Of a DNA stretch of 64,000 bases, positions 29,984-39,576 are shown in pieces. Below the pieces are notes generated by a model. The model worked only from the letters and a program-made list of their open reading frames with translations, did no database searches and was not told where the DNA came from. The DNA comes from Tetramitus jugosus (Eukaryota; Protista; Heterolobosea), in contig OW569362.1 of NCBI GenBank assembly GCA_937625935.1, positions 310,001 to 374,000 of the forward strand. Direction: 5' to 3'. Numbering within the stretch: the first letter of the stretch is position 1; every line of letters starts with the position of its first letter. The position numbers were made by a program, and so were the translations under genes.

Positions 29984-32542
29984 ATGGCAAACAACAAGAG
30001 AAAAAGACTGCCACCACAACAACAAACAGCTGAAGATGAAAAAGCTACAACAACAACACCAATAGATGACTCATCATCAGACAATGAAGACACATTGACT
30101 TCCTCTTCTGTTCAATCCAATGATTCATGGGGCGACTTCAAATCTAAACAATCATCAACGAAAAATTTACTTGAGAGTGATTTGCAAGGTTTGAACTTGA
30201 GTGATGATGACGAAGAAGAAGAAGATGATGAAGAAGACATGGACCCAGTTGACTCTGACTTTGATGAGAGCAGTGGTGATGAAGAAGGTGGAGATGATGA
30301 TGAAAGTGATGATGAAGAGGGATATGATGCAGAAGTAGATGCAACGACGAATGAAAAATCTGCTTCAAAAAAGGTCAATCGATCGAAAAAGTCATTGTCC
30401 AATATCAATAATAGCGATGATGATGATAGTGATGACGATGAAGTAGAGGTGTTTGAGTCCTATACGAACTATGACAATGAGAACAACAATGAACAACAAC
30501 CACAAGCACAAGAGAAGAAACAACCATCATTGTTTGATGATGTGGACCTTTCCGATGACTCATCTGAAGATGAAGGAATGATCAACACTGTTGGTAACAT
30601 TCCACTCGAGTGGTACGAAGAGTATGATCACATTGGTTACGACAGAGATGGAAACAAGATTCTCAGAAAGAAGAAGAAGGATTCATTGGACAATTTGATT
30701 GCAAGACACGATGACCCTAACTATATCCGTACTGTGTATGATGAATTGAATGATAAGGAACATGTTTTGAACAATAAGACCCTTCAAATGATTGTTGATA
30801 TTCAAAAGGGACGATATCCAACAGGATTCAATCCTTACAAGGACTATGTGGATTATGTCAAGGTTGATTCTCGTTTCCCATTGGTTGGTGTGCCTGATCC
30901 AAAGAGCAGATTCACTCCAAATCGTATGGAACAAAACAATATTGCAAAGTTGGCTCAGAGAATGAGAAAGAATCCAAAGATTGGTGTGCCTCAACCTCCT
31001 AAGCGATCCAGTCAGTGCTATCTGATGTGGGGCGCTGATGGAACACTGATTGGAGACAAGGTGCCACGTGTTGGTCTCTTGCAAGCTCCAAAGCCTCGTT
31101 TGCCTGGCCACACATTCTCCTACAATCCACCTCCAGAGTACATTCGTAATGAGGACATGACTCCAAAGTATGACGCTCTCAGAAAGGTTCCTGCCTTCTC
31201 CAAGTTTGTCGAAGAGCAATACAAGCGTTGTCTCGATTTGTACATGGCGCCCAGAACACTGCCAAAGAAGAAGGCTCAAAATCCTGACCGTTTGTTGCCA
31301 GAGTTGCCAAAGCCTGAAGAGTTGCGTCCATATCCAGAAATTCCATCCATTGTCTACGAAGGACATGGTGACATTGTTAGAAAGGTGTCTGTTGATCCTA
31401 CTGGAAGATGGGTTCTCACCGGTTCTGATGATTCCTGTGTTCGTCTGTACGAGGCAAAGACTGGTCGTCTGGTGCACACTTGGCAATTTGAGGATTCAAT
31501 CTCCTGGGTGGAATGGAATCCAAATTCTCAGCTCAATCTGCTCGCTGTCGCTGTACAAAAGAATGTATATCTGATTCAGCCAACAATGACTGGTACTGAG
31601 AAGACCAATGAGTCCACCAAGGACCTCTTCCCTGCAACTGCTTACACTGAAGACATTAGCTTGTTTGCAGATGAGGGTGAAGAACAACAACAGGAAAGAA
31701 AGGAAAGTACTGAAGAGGAACAAGAATCTGGCAAGAAGGACGATGATGACAATCAAGGTGAGCAACAAATTCATTCTACATCCAAGACTGGTAGAAAGAA
31801 GATTTTGTTGAAGTGGAGATTCTACCGTGAGGAGGAAGATAAGGAAAAGAGAGCCAAGGGTATCTTGGTCCGATTGGAGCACTTGAAGCCTGTGACTCAA
31901 GTGACATGGCATTATAGAGGAGATTACTTCTGTACTCTGTCTCCTGATGCAATGAACGATGGTATTGTCATACATCAATTGTCCAAGAGACAATCTCAGA
32001 AGCCATTCAAGAAGAGAATGAAGAACAAGGGTAACAAGGTTGTTCGTGTTCTGTTCCATCCTAAGCTACCACAGTTCTTTGTCAGTACTTCGGTTGGTGT
32101 CAAGGTTTACAATTTGCAGAAGCAACGGTTGTTCAAGAAGTTTAAGGGACAAAGATGTCGATATATCTCATCCATGGCTGTTCATCCAACAGGAGGACAC
32201 GTTCTCACGGGAGGATTCGACAAGAGATCCGAGTGGTTCGATATGGAACTGTCATCCAGACCTTTCAAGACTTTGCGTTACCATAACCGATCTGTACGTT
32301 CCGTTGCCTTCCATCCTAGATATCCACTGTTTGCAACAGGTTCAGATGATGGTACTGTTCATGTGTTCCATGCTTCCGTGTTTGATGATTGGCTCAAGGA
32401 TCCTGTCATTGTGCCATTGAAGGTTTTGAGAGGACATCGTGTCGTCAATCATTTGGGTGTCATGGACATCCAATTCCATCCAACACAACCATGGCTCTTC
32501 TCCTGTGGTGCTGATCAAACTGCCAGACTATGGATTTCATAA
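29984..32542 (+). CDS. BOP1: Ribosome biogenesis protein BOP1/Erb1
   Basis: NTVGNIPLEWY.EYDHIGYD..G.KI, LPGH..SYNPPPEY, LRKVPA, RCLDLY.APR, LPKP.ELRPYP, WD40 repeats ending FHPTQPWLFSCGAD. Confidence 0.98.
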   Translation: MANNKRKRLPPQQQTAEDEKATTTTPIDDSSSDNEDTLTSSSVQSNDSWGDFKSKQSSTKNLLESDLQGLNLSDDDEEEEDDEEDMDPVDSDFDESSGDEEGGDDDESDDEEGYDAEVDATTNEKSASKKVNRSKKSLSNINNSDDDDSDDDEVEVFESYTNYDNENNNEQQPQAQEKKQPSLFDDVDLSDDSSEDEGMINTVGNIPLEWYEEYDHIGYDRDGNKILRKKKKDSLDNLIARHDDPNYIRTVYDELNDKEHVLNNKTLQMIVDIQKGRYPTGFNPYKDYVDYVKVDSRFPLVGVPDPKSRFTPNRMEQNNIAKLAQRMRKNPKIGVPQPPKRSSQCYLMWGADGTLIGDKVPRVGLLQAPKPRLPGHTFSYNPPPEYIRNEDMTPKYDALRKVPAFSKFVEEQYKRCLDLYMAPRTLPKKKAQNPDRLLPELPKPEELRPYPEIPSIVYEGHGDIVRKVSVDPTGRWVLTGSDDSCVRLYEAKTGRLVHTWQFEDSISWVEWNPNSQLNLLAVAVQKNVYLIQPTMTGTEKTNESTKDLFPATAYTEDISLFADEGEEQQQERKESTEEEQESGKKDDDDNQGEQQIHSTSKTGRKKILLKWRFYREEEDKEKRAKGILVRLEHLKPVTQVTWHYRGDYFCTLSPDAMNDGIVIHQLSKRQSQKPFKKRMKNKGNKVVRVLFHPKLPQFFVSTSVGVKVYNLQKQRLFKKFKGQRCRYISSMAVHPTGGHVLTGGFDKRSEWFDMELSSRPFKTLRYHNRSVRSVAFHPRYPLFATGSDDGTVHVFHASVFDDWLKDPVIVPLKVLRGHRVVNHLGVMDIQFHPTQPWLFSCGADQTARLWIS

Positions 32543-32681
32543 AACAACAAATCAACTTTCTGTCTCTACCCAGTTTTTTGTCGTAAAACTTCCATCATTT
32601 GAGCTTAACGGCTGAACTTTCAAAAGAGTTCATGACCCGAAAACAAAAAGCGAACCAAAAACAACCAATTGAAATAGAGCA

Positions 32682-33653
32682 ATGTTCCTTGCATCCAGAG
32701 CACCAGGAAAACTTCTTTCCAGATCAAGTCGAAAAATTCCAAGATCTAATAAACCCCAGATAGGCTACAATGATTCACTCGGTCGTAGTGGTCTGAGTTG
32801 TTTTTGTCAATCAACCATTCGAAACATGTCGACAAGGATTGCAGTCTCGGACATATCATCCACAAGTGGCAAAATAGATGTTGATTTTGAGGCCAACAAC
32901 AGAGCTCTGCTCCAAGATTCATCGATTCAAGCTGTTCAATTAGACACAGAGGCATTCAACAATGTGTGGTCAATCGATGGCTTCCTAACAGATAAGGAAT
33001 GCCATCGATTGATAGAGCTAACAGAGAAAGTCAGATATGAAAATGCACCAGTGACCGTCGGTGAAAACAAGTATTTGATGGCCACCGATATTCGTAACAA
33101 TGAAAGAGTGATATGGGACGACGTAGAAACTGCAAAGCTCTTGTGGGAACGTATCAAGCCATTTGTTCCAGAGTATCACACTGATTTGTACAATGTAGCA
33201 AGATCAGCTCAGAACCATCAAGAGAAGGGAGCTGATGAACCGATGAAGGCCTGTGGCCTGAGCGAAAGATTCCGTTTTTACAAGTACACCAGTGGTCAGT
33301 ACTTTAAACCACATCGTGATGGATATTTCGCTCGTAAAATCGTGTATGATGAACTACTCAAAGCCAACGTTGAAGAGAGAAGCTATCTGACACTGTTGTT
33401 CTACTTGAGTGATGTTCAACAGGGTGGAGAAACAATCTTCTATCGTGACTCCTTCAATAGAAGAATTAGAAACAACGACAATCAGGATGAAAACAGAGTT
33501 CGATTTGCTGTGAAATCAAAGAAGGGAAGTGCACTCTTGTTTGTTCATTCTCAGTTTCATGCAGGTGCTGATATGCCAATGGACTCGACTGAAATCAAGT
33601 ATGTCATGAGATCGGACGTCATGTTCAGACGAATTGTGCCTCTAACGACATAA
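32682..33653 (+). CDS. 2OG-Fe(II) oxygenase (prolyl-4-hydroxylase-like) with mitochondrial-type presequence
   Basis: FLT..EC..LI, IRNN.R, GL.ERFRFYKY..GQ.F.PHRDG (HxD), GGET.F, H.G, KYVMRSDVMF. Confidence 0.92.
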   Translation: MFLASRAPGKLLSRSSRKIPRSNKPQIGYNDSLGRSGLSCFCQSTIRNMSTRIAVSDISSTSGKIDVDFEANNRALLQDSSIQAVQLDTEAFNNVWSIDGFLTDKECHRLIELTEKVRYENAPVTVGENKYLMATDIRNNERVIWDDVETAKLLWERIKPFVPEYHTDLYNVARSAQNHQEKGADEPMKACGLSERFRFYKYTSGQYFKPHRDGYFARKIVYDELLKANVEERSYLTLLFYLSDVQQGGETIFYRDSFNRRIRNNDNQDENRVRFAVKSKKGSALLFVHSQFHAGADMPMDSTEIKYVMRSDVMFRRIVPLTT

Positions 33654-33893
33654 GAGTCGGAGGAAAAGATTCTTGTTATTCATTTGATGTCAGCAAAAAA
33701 GAGGCAGCAAAGAGTTACCGGTTTTTTTTTCTGTAAAAAAATTTCAATCCATTTCCAAAATGGGACGCCCGTTCAGGCTAAACAATCATTGATATGCTTA
33801 GGCACAACAAAGAACTTAGAAAGAGGTTCTTGGCAACAAGAGAAGCTTTGAGATTCCACAAAACACAACCAAAAGACCCACACAACAACAACC

Positions 33894-34988
33894 ATGTTCC
33901 TCGTGTCCAGGACATCAAGAAATCTCCTAACCAGATCAAGCCGAAAAATAGCCAGGTCATCTGAAAAAAGTTCGTCATCCCAGGCGGGCAACAACAATGA
34001 TCCATCCAGTTGTTTGTACCAGCACCCGGTGACTTTTAATCAAGTAACAGTTCGAAGCATGTCAAGTATGGCACCATCTCATGCTTTACATCCACAATTT
34101 CCATCATCTACACTTGTGACAAGACAGGGCTCTGAGAGCAAGGCCAGTAGTAGCAGTAGTACAGAGAGCAGCAAAGACGGTAAGGAAAAAACGAGTGCCA
34201 AAGAATCCAACAAGTTTGTAAAAGGTGTCATGTATGGTTTTCTGGGTGTTACATTCTGGAGCCTTTTGGATTCGTTTGAACAAGAAGATAATAGAACGAC
34301 GGAACGACAAAAGAAAGAGAGACACTTTGCTCTCTGTAGATCTGTATCCAACAGTGATTATGACAAGATTCATTTAATTATTCAAGGGAGTGATCCGGAA
34401 GAAGTGAACAATAATGTTCGATATGAAGTATTATCCGGTGCAAAAGATGAGAGAGAACTGAGGAAACTCATGAAAATTTTCAATTTTACCATATCGAACA
34501 ACCAGGAGTGGAAGAGATTGCTAGCGTTCAGTCTTAAAGAATGGGGAATATCTGGAAGGTCTAAACTGTCCACATGGATTCTCTCAAGAATCGATCCTAA
34601 TTTGATACAACCACATGAGTTTGACGAGATGCTGTCGGGTGCGATTAAAAAGTATGATGTGCCGGCAGTAGAAGCGTTGCTAGAGTTGTCTCCCTCTCTC
34701 AGAGCAAAGTCCCATCATTTGGACAGTGCACTCAAGTACGGAGAACTGACAGTCGATATGGTGAGAGTGTTGGTTGAAAGAGGTGGAGTCACTCCTTCTG
34801 GTGCTCAGTTAATGAAAGTCGTGAAGAATGAAAGAGAGTTCATTTGTCAAAAAGAAAGAGATAGATTCATGGAATTGATTAGTCTGCTTGTTGATCATGG
34901 CGCAGATGTCAAGTACATGAACGACCAGTTTATATCGCCCTACGAGCTTGTCTCAAGTCCAGATGTTCGCAAGATGCTCAAGTTGTAA
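33894..34988 (+). CDS. Ankyrin-repeat-like protein with mitochondrial-type presequence and one TM segment
   Basis: TM GVMYGFLGVTFWSLL; degenerate ankyrin units (AI...D...VE.LL, AL..G....MV.VLVE.G, LLVDHGADV). Confidence 0.7.
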   Translation: MFLVSRTSRNLLTRSSRKIARSSEKSSSSQAGNNNDPSSCLYQHPVTFNQVTVRSMSSMAPSHALHPQFPSSTLVTRQGSESKASSSSSTESSKDGKEKTSAKESNKFVKGVMYGFLGVTFWSLLDSFEQEDNRTTERQKKERHFALCRSVSNSDYDKIHLIIQGSDPEEVNNNVRYEVLSGAKDERELRKLMKIFNFTISNNQEWKRLLAFSLKEWGISGRSKLSTWILSRIDPNLIQPHEFDEMLSGAIKKYDVPAVEALLELSPSLRAKSHHLDSALKYGELTVDMVRVLVERGGVTPSGAQLMKVVKNEREFICQKERDRFMELISLLVDHGADVKYMNDQFISPYELVSSPDVRKMLKL

Positions 34989-37631
34989 ATAAATCAAAAG
35001 TACAGACCGTACCAAGTTCTGTCCGTGTGAATATCAAACCCTTCTTCTCATCAATACGAATCAGATTTAAGTACGTTTCGAATTGGTCATCAGTACAACC
35101 CAAAAAGCACACTGGATTCAAGCCAAAGAGCTGCAGCGTGCCATCCATGGAGTGAATGGCAAGATAATTAGAAGAGGTAGCATAACTTACTACCGAGCTT
35201 GTTGATACTAGCTGAATCCTTGTAAACAAGTCAACGTCTGCCTTGTTTTCTGCCGCAACGTGTGGGACCGAAGAGGAGAAATGTATGAAGATACACTCAC
35301 CGTCTCGAGCGAATATCAGATTGTGGTTTTGACCCCTATCTATTAATCTCAAATGGTTATCCAATGATGTCCTTATTGATAGATGAACTGAATTATCATC
35401 AATACAAATTGTTAGCACTCTTGTTGGTTTCTCGAATAGTTTGACAAATAATGAGTAGTACTGATATTGTGCAGCCCCGCTTGGCACATCACAAATTATT
35501 AGTGATTCCAAGTCGGCAATATTTTGATAGAAGCTACGAAACTCTTGTGCTCTGTTAGACTCACTACTAACACTGTCAATCGAACAATCAGATATCACAT
35601 CACCAGAGTAAGTATCAATGATCAGCAATTTCGCGTGTATCTCATGTGTCTCGTGCATCTCAGTTAATTCTATTCCAACAACAAAATGTGTATTTAGAAT
35701 GCCTCGAGCAACCACATTATTCGCTCGCTCCACATAGAAATCATCATACTCATAGTATTTGTCAGGTCGGTAGATTGTCCAACTTGCTGGATCCGTTATT
35801 CGATGTACGATTGCTACACTATGATTCAGCTTCGAGCAAATGACAAACTTCCTTATACTATGTGTCGTATAACGTACCATATCAATGACTGAATTCTTGT
35901 AATTGGTCATCTCATCATCCAAGTTTAATAACTCGTGAACAGAGAGAACCACCTCAATAGCTTTAATGTTGTTAGTATAGGTTTAGCAATCAAATATTCA
36001 ATCAGCAACTTGTGAGAATTGTACATACCGAACCGACTGCTTGCTATAATGAAAAATCCATTCACGTAGGAAATACCTTCCAATAACTCCCTGAAACGGA
36101 AGTCAGAAAAGTCACTCTCAAATATCAAGTTAAGTAATTGTACCAAATCAACAACCTTGACATACGATGGCCCATCAATAATCATTGATAATGAAGGAAG
36201 CAGATAAATGGATGGCAATCCTGACCATTTATAAAGTTTGAACTGGTCATTATCATTTGATTCCATGAGTGCTTCAATAACATCCGTCGTGTGTTTCAGG
36301 CGAAACCGGCCTTTAATTGGTGCATTGATAGTCCATTGAAATCCTAGATAATTAACGAATACATCACTCATCATCAGAAAGTCTCCTCGTTGCTCCAAAG
36401 GCTCGGTGAATAAGATCGAAGCAGAAGTTCTGTCCATTGGTAATTGAAATCTAAATCTCCACAATCGATTCAATCGACCGGGAAGACCACTTGAGACATT
36501 CGATAGTTTCTCCAACTTACTGAGATAGATAGATTCACGCATTACCTTTCTCAAATATGGATACCTCCCGAAAAGAGTGCCCATATTTTCTCTCTTCAAT
36601 ATATAGTCGTTACAGATGCGAACAAGTAGAATATCCATTTGTTCATCCATGGTTTGATCCTTGTATACTATTGTTACTAATTCTTCCTGTAGAGGCAGTA
36701 TCTCTTCTGTTCTTCCTACAAGAGCCAACTCATCATAGTAATCAAGTACAAAGTGACTACATTTGCCCACCATATTCAACCCTCGAAGTTCATCTATCGC
36801 TTGTTGGAAACAGCAAATGGATTCTTCGCTTCTACCATAATCACTCAATACTAATGCTCTGTACACTAGTGGTATTGTTTCTTCTGAATCTCCTCCTCGG
36901 TAATCATATCGATCAAACTTTACATAGTACTCTACTGATTTCTCAATGTCGCCATTATGATAAAACATACGATAGATGTGCTCTATGATGTTGCGATAAG
37001 CAGCACTAAAATTGATAGCCAAACTCCCTGATCCATAACCCAATGTTCGAACTGCGCACTCAATTGACACCTTATCATCACTCTTCAAACCACTCTCTAA
37101 ATATGTGACAAACAATTCTTCAACACGACCCATCTTCCCCAAATTATAATAATAACAAATCTTGCAGAATGGAAGAACCAACCGAAATGCTCTATATCCT
37201 TGCATCTCCTCAATCAATTCGTCCATTCTCTGCTCTATCACATCAATTTCTTGCACTGGTCCTTGTTCCATCTCTATTAGCATCATTCGAACCATGAAAT
37301 AACACATCAAGCTTCCAAATGTCCTGCCAAATCCCTTGAATAGAGTACTACGCGCATCTAGGGGAGCTCGTGTCTCGGCTTCCAATGCATCAAACTTGTT
37401 CTCTAAAGCTTTTTTCAATTGTTCCAACAAAACTCTCTTCACACTGAGACTCTCCCACTTTAGACTCCTCTCACTGTGTGGAAATTGAGATTGGAGGCTA
37501 GATTGCAGTTCATTTGACTTACTTTCCGTAATGAACTTTGCAATCATGTTCTTCAAGCTGAATGCTTCATTCATTGTGGCTCTCGTTTGAGAACCTTTCT
37601 TGTTATAGATGTCATAGTCAATTTGTTGCAT
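34978..37631 (-). CDS. Hypothetical protein with helical TPR-like N-terminal part and beta-rich C-terminus; 2 exons (intron 35961-36028)
   Basis: A 68-nt intron (GTATGT donor, TACTAAC branch point, AAG acceptor) joins ORFs 35925-37631 and 34978-35952 in frame (SRF|AIEVVL). Confidence 0.7.
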
Positions 37632-37723
37632 TAGGATATTTGGTTTTGTTTGCTTTTTTTTTGTTTGTTATGATGACTTTTTTTTTACGTTATTTATTTT
37701 TGTTGGAACATGACACGTTTTAT

Positions 37724-39400
37724 TCAAAACTTAGTTTGGAAGGAAGTCCAACCAAAGTTCCAATTGGCTGGTAGACCAACATAGGAGCCTTGTTGATTAC
37801 GAGCTACACAGGAGCTAGTTTGAGTGTTGAAGGCTGGTTGTTGATCAGTTGTTGGTCCATTGATAATATCAATGGTTTGAACACCAGAACCATTCATAAT
37901 TTGTGAATAGCTAGTTGCCTTAGTGTCATAACCACCGCTGCAGGACGAGCTATCTGGGGTCAGATCGTTTCTGGATGCAATTGCATAACCTGCATTGTCA
38001 TAGGACAATGGATCATGTTGCCAGTCATTGTATCTCAACAGAGACTTGACACCGGTCATGCTGTTGGCCTTTGTTTGATCTCTTCTGAAAATGTTGGCTC
38101 TGACACAGTGTTGATAGTCGAGCATGACACCAGCCTTTGGATTCTTCTTCAACAAGTCATCATATCCGCTCTCTGCTCTAATGGAAGCAAAGAATGGAAC
38201 ATTGTACGATGGCCAATATCCATAGGACAAGATGTCAGTGACATCAGCAGTCTCAACTCTGCCTGGAATTTGCTCAGCAATCCAGAGAGCATTTGGCTTC
38301 AATTGTCTGTTGGTAGTGTCTACTTGCTTCAAATCCAAAACCATGTACTGATTATTGTAGGTGCCAGAGTTCAACTTGCTAAACACGCTAACCCAGTCTG
38401 GGCCAGTAGTGGCCAAACGATTGGCCAAAATGACTCTTTGCCAGCACAACAATGACTTTGGAGTCAACTTGTCATACAGATTCAAATTGAAAATGTTGTT
38501 ACTAGTCTCAATCACAACCAAATTGCGATCAGTGATCAAAAAGTCATCATTGGATGCCAAATTGGCAGGATAACTGGAGAAGGAGACTCTCTTGGATAGT
38601 ACCAATGGGTTCTGGAACTCAAACTTGTACTCCTTGTAGATTCTAGTCATAGCTGAAAATGTGAACCAGGAAGTATGACCAAAGAACACATCACTCAAAT
38701 CTTCCTTGAGCTTAATAATGGCACTGCAATGAGAGTTGTCATGAACAAAGTTGCGCAACTCACTAAATGTCATATTATCAAAATTAGGTCTATAGCTAGG
38801 CTTGTACATGGTAATATCAAAAATATCACCAAATGATCCCATGACTTGCATCTGAGCATAGTTTAATGATTGAAGGTTAAATTTGCGTGCAGCAACCATG
38901 TAACCATCCACTAAACCAGTGTATTGCTCATGAATAGAGTACACTTGTTGCCAGTAATTGTCCTTTTGATTGGCCAAGTACTGTTCTCTTGTCCAAGCTC
39001 TCTGCAAATTGAAAAATTGTTCGACGTGCTGAGGCATTTGTTTTGTAGCTTCCTTGTACCATGTGTAATGATTCATGTTTGTGTAGTGAGAATCAATACG
39101 CTTGCTTGTCAAATAGCCTTCCATGTAACCGACACAGTATGACTTTGTGTCATCACTGAATGAGGTGTTGGTTGTGGTGGCAATGTGAAGTGTGTCCCAA
39201 CCAGTAGTAGCCAAGGAGTCAGTGTACTCTGCAAAGCACAATCCATTCTTTGTGTCATATTGGTTGAGTGAGATGTGATATTGGTTGTTGGAGTCAATGT
39301 AGACTGTAGCTTTTTGAGATGGTTGTTGTTGCTCAGAGAATGAGATCAAAAAGAGTTGCAACACGAGTGCCAACAAGGCTAGAGCTGCGACTTTTGACAT
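37724..39400 (-). CDS. Phospholipase B-like (PLBD, Ntn-hydrolase) secreted/lysosomal protein
   Basis: Signal peptide, TGW..L.I, GY.EG.LT, HCSA.IK (autocleavage Cys), FSSYP..L.S.DDF, NSGTYNNQ.M, YWPSYNVPF, RA.IFRRD, RYND...DP.S. Confidence 0.95.
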   Translation of the reverse strand: MSKVAALALLALVLQLFLISFSEQQQPSQKATVYIDSNNQYHISLNQYDTKNGLCFAEYTDSLATTGWDTLHIATTTNTSFSDDTKSYCVGYMEGYLTSKRIDSHYTNMNHYTWYKEATKQMPQHVEQFFNLQRAWTREQYLANQKDNYWQQVYSIHEQYTGLVDGYMVAARKFNLQSLNYAQMQVMGSFGDIFDITMYKPSYRPNFDNMTFSELRNFVHDNSHCSAIIKLKEDLSDVFFGHTSWFTFSAMTRIYKEYKFEFQNPLVLSKRVSFSSYPANLASNDDFLITDRNLVVIETSNNIFNLNLYDKLTPKSLLCWQRVILANRLATTGPDWVSVFSKLNSGTYNNQYMVLDLKQVDTTNRQLKPNALWIAEQIPGRVETADVTDILSYGYWPSYNVPFFASIRAESGYDDLLKKNPKAGVMLDYQHCVRANIFRRDQTKANSMTGVKSLLRYNDWQHDPLSYDNAGYAIASRNDLTPDSSSCSGGYDTKATSYSQIMNGSGVQTIDIINGPTTDQQPAFNTQTSSCVARNQQGSYVGLPANWNFGWTSFQTKF

Positions 39401-39576
39401 TGTTGTATATAATGGTGTGCGTTTGTGAACAATGTTTGTGAGAAATCGTGGTGGATATTTTTTTGTTGGGTGTCCTTTCGCGAGCTCCAATCAATATTGA
39501 TCAAGGGGAAATTTCTCCGTGCTGGTAGGCGGGTGATTTACGAAAGTTGAAATGGGGGAGCAGATGCTGCACGCTT

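Noticed and set aside
30683-32059. Long antisense ORFs opposite BOP1 (similar ones opposite PLB, LPCAT and the DEUBAD gene)
   Set aside because: Shadow frames caused by codon bias in conserved genes; no motifs.
35925-35952. Overlapping same-strand ORFs suggesting programmed frameshifting
   Set aside because: Explained by a canonical 68-nt intron with a TACTAAC branch point.
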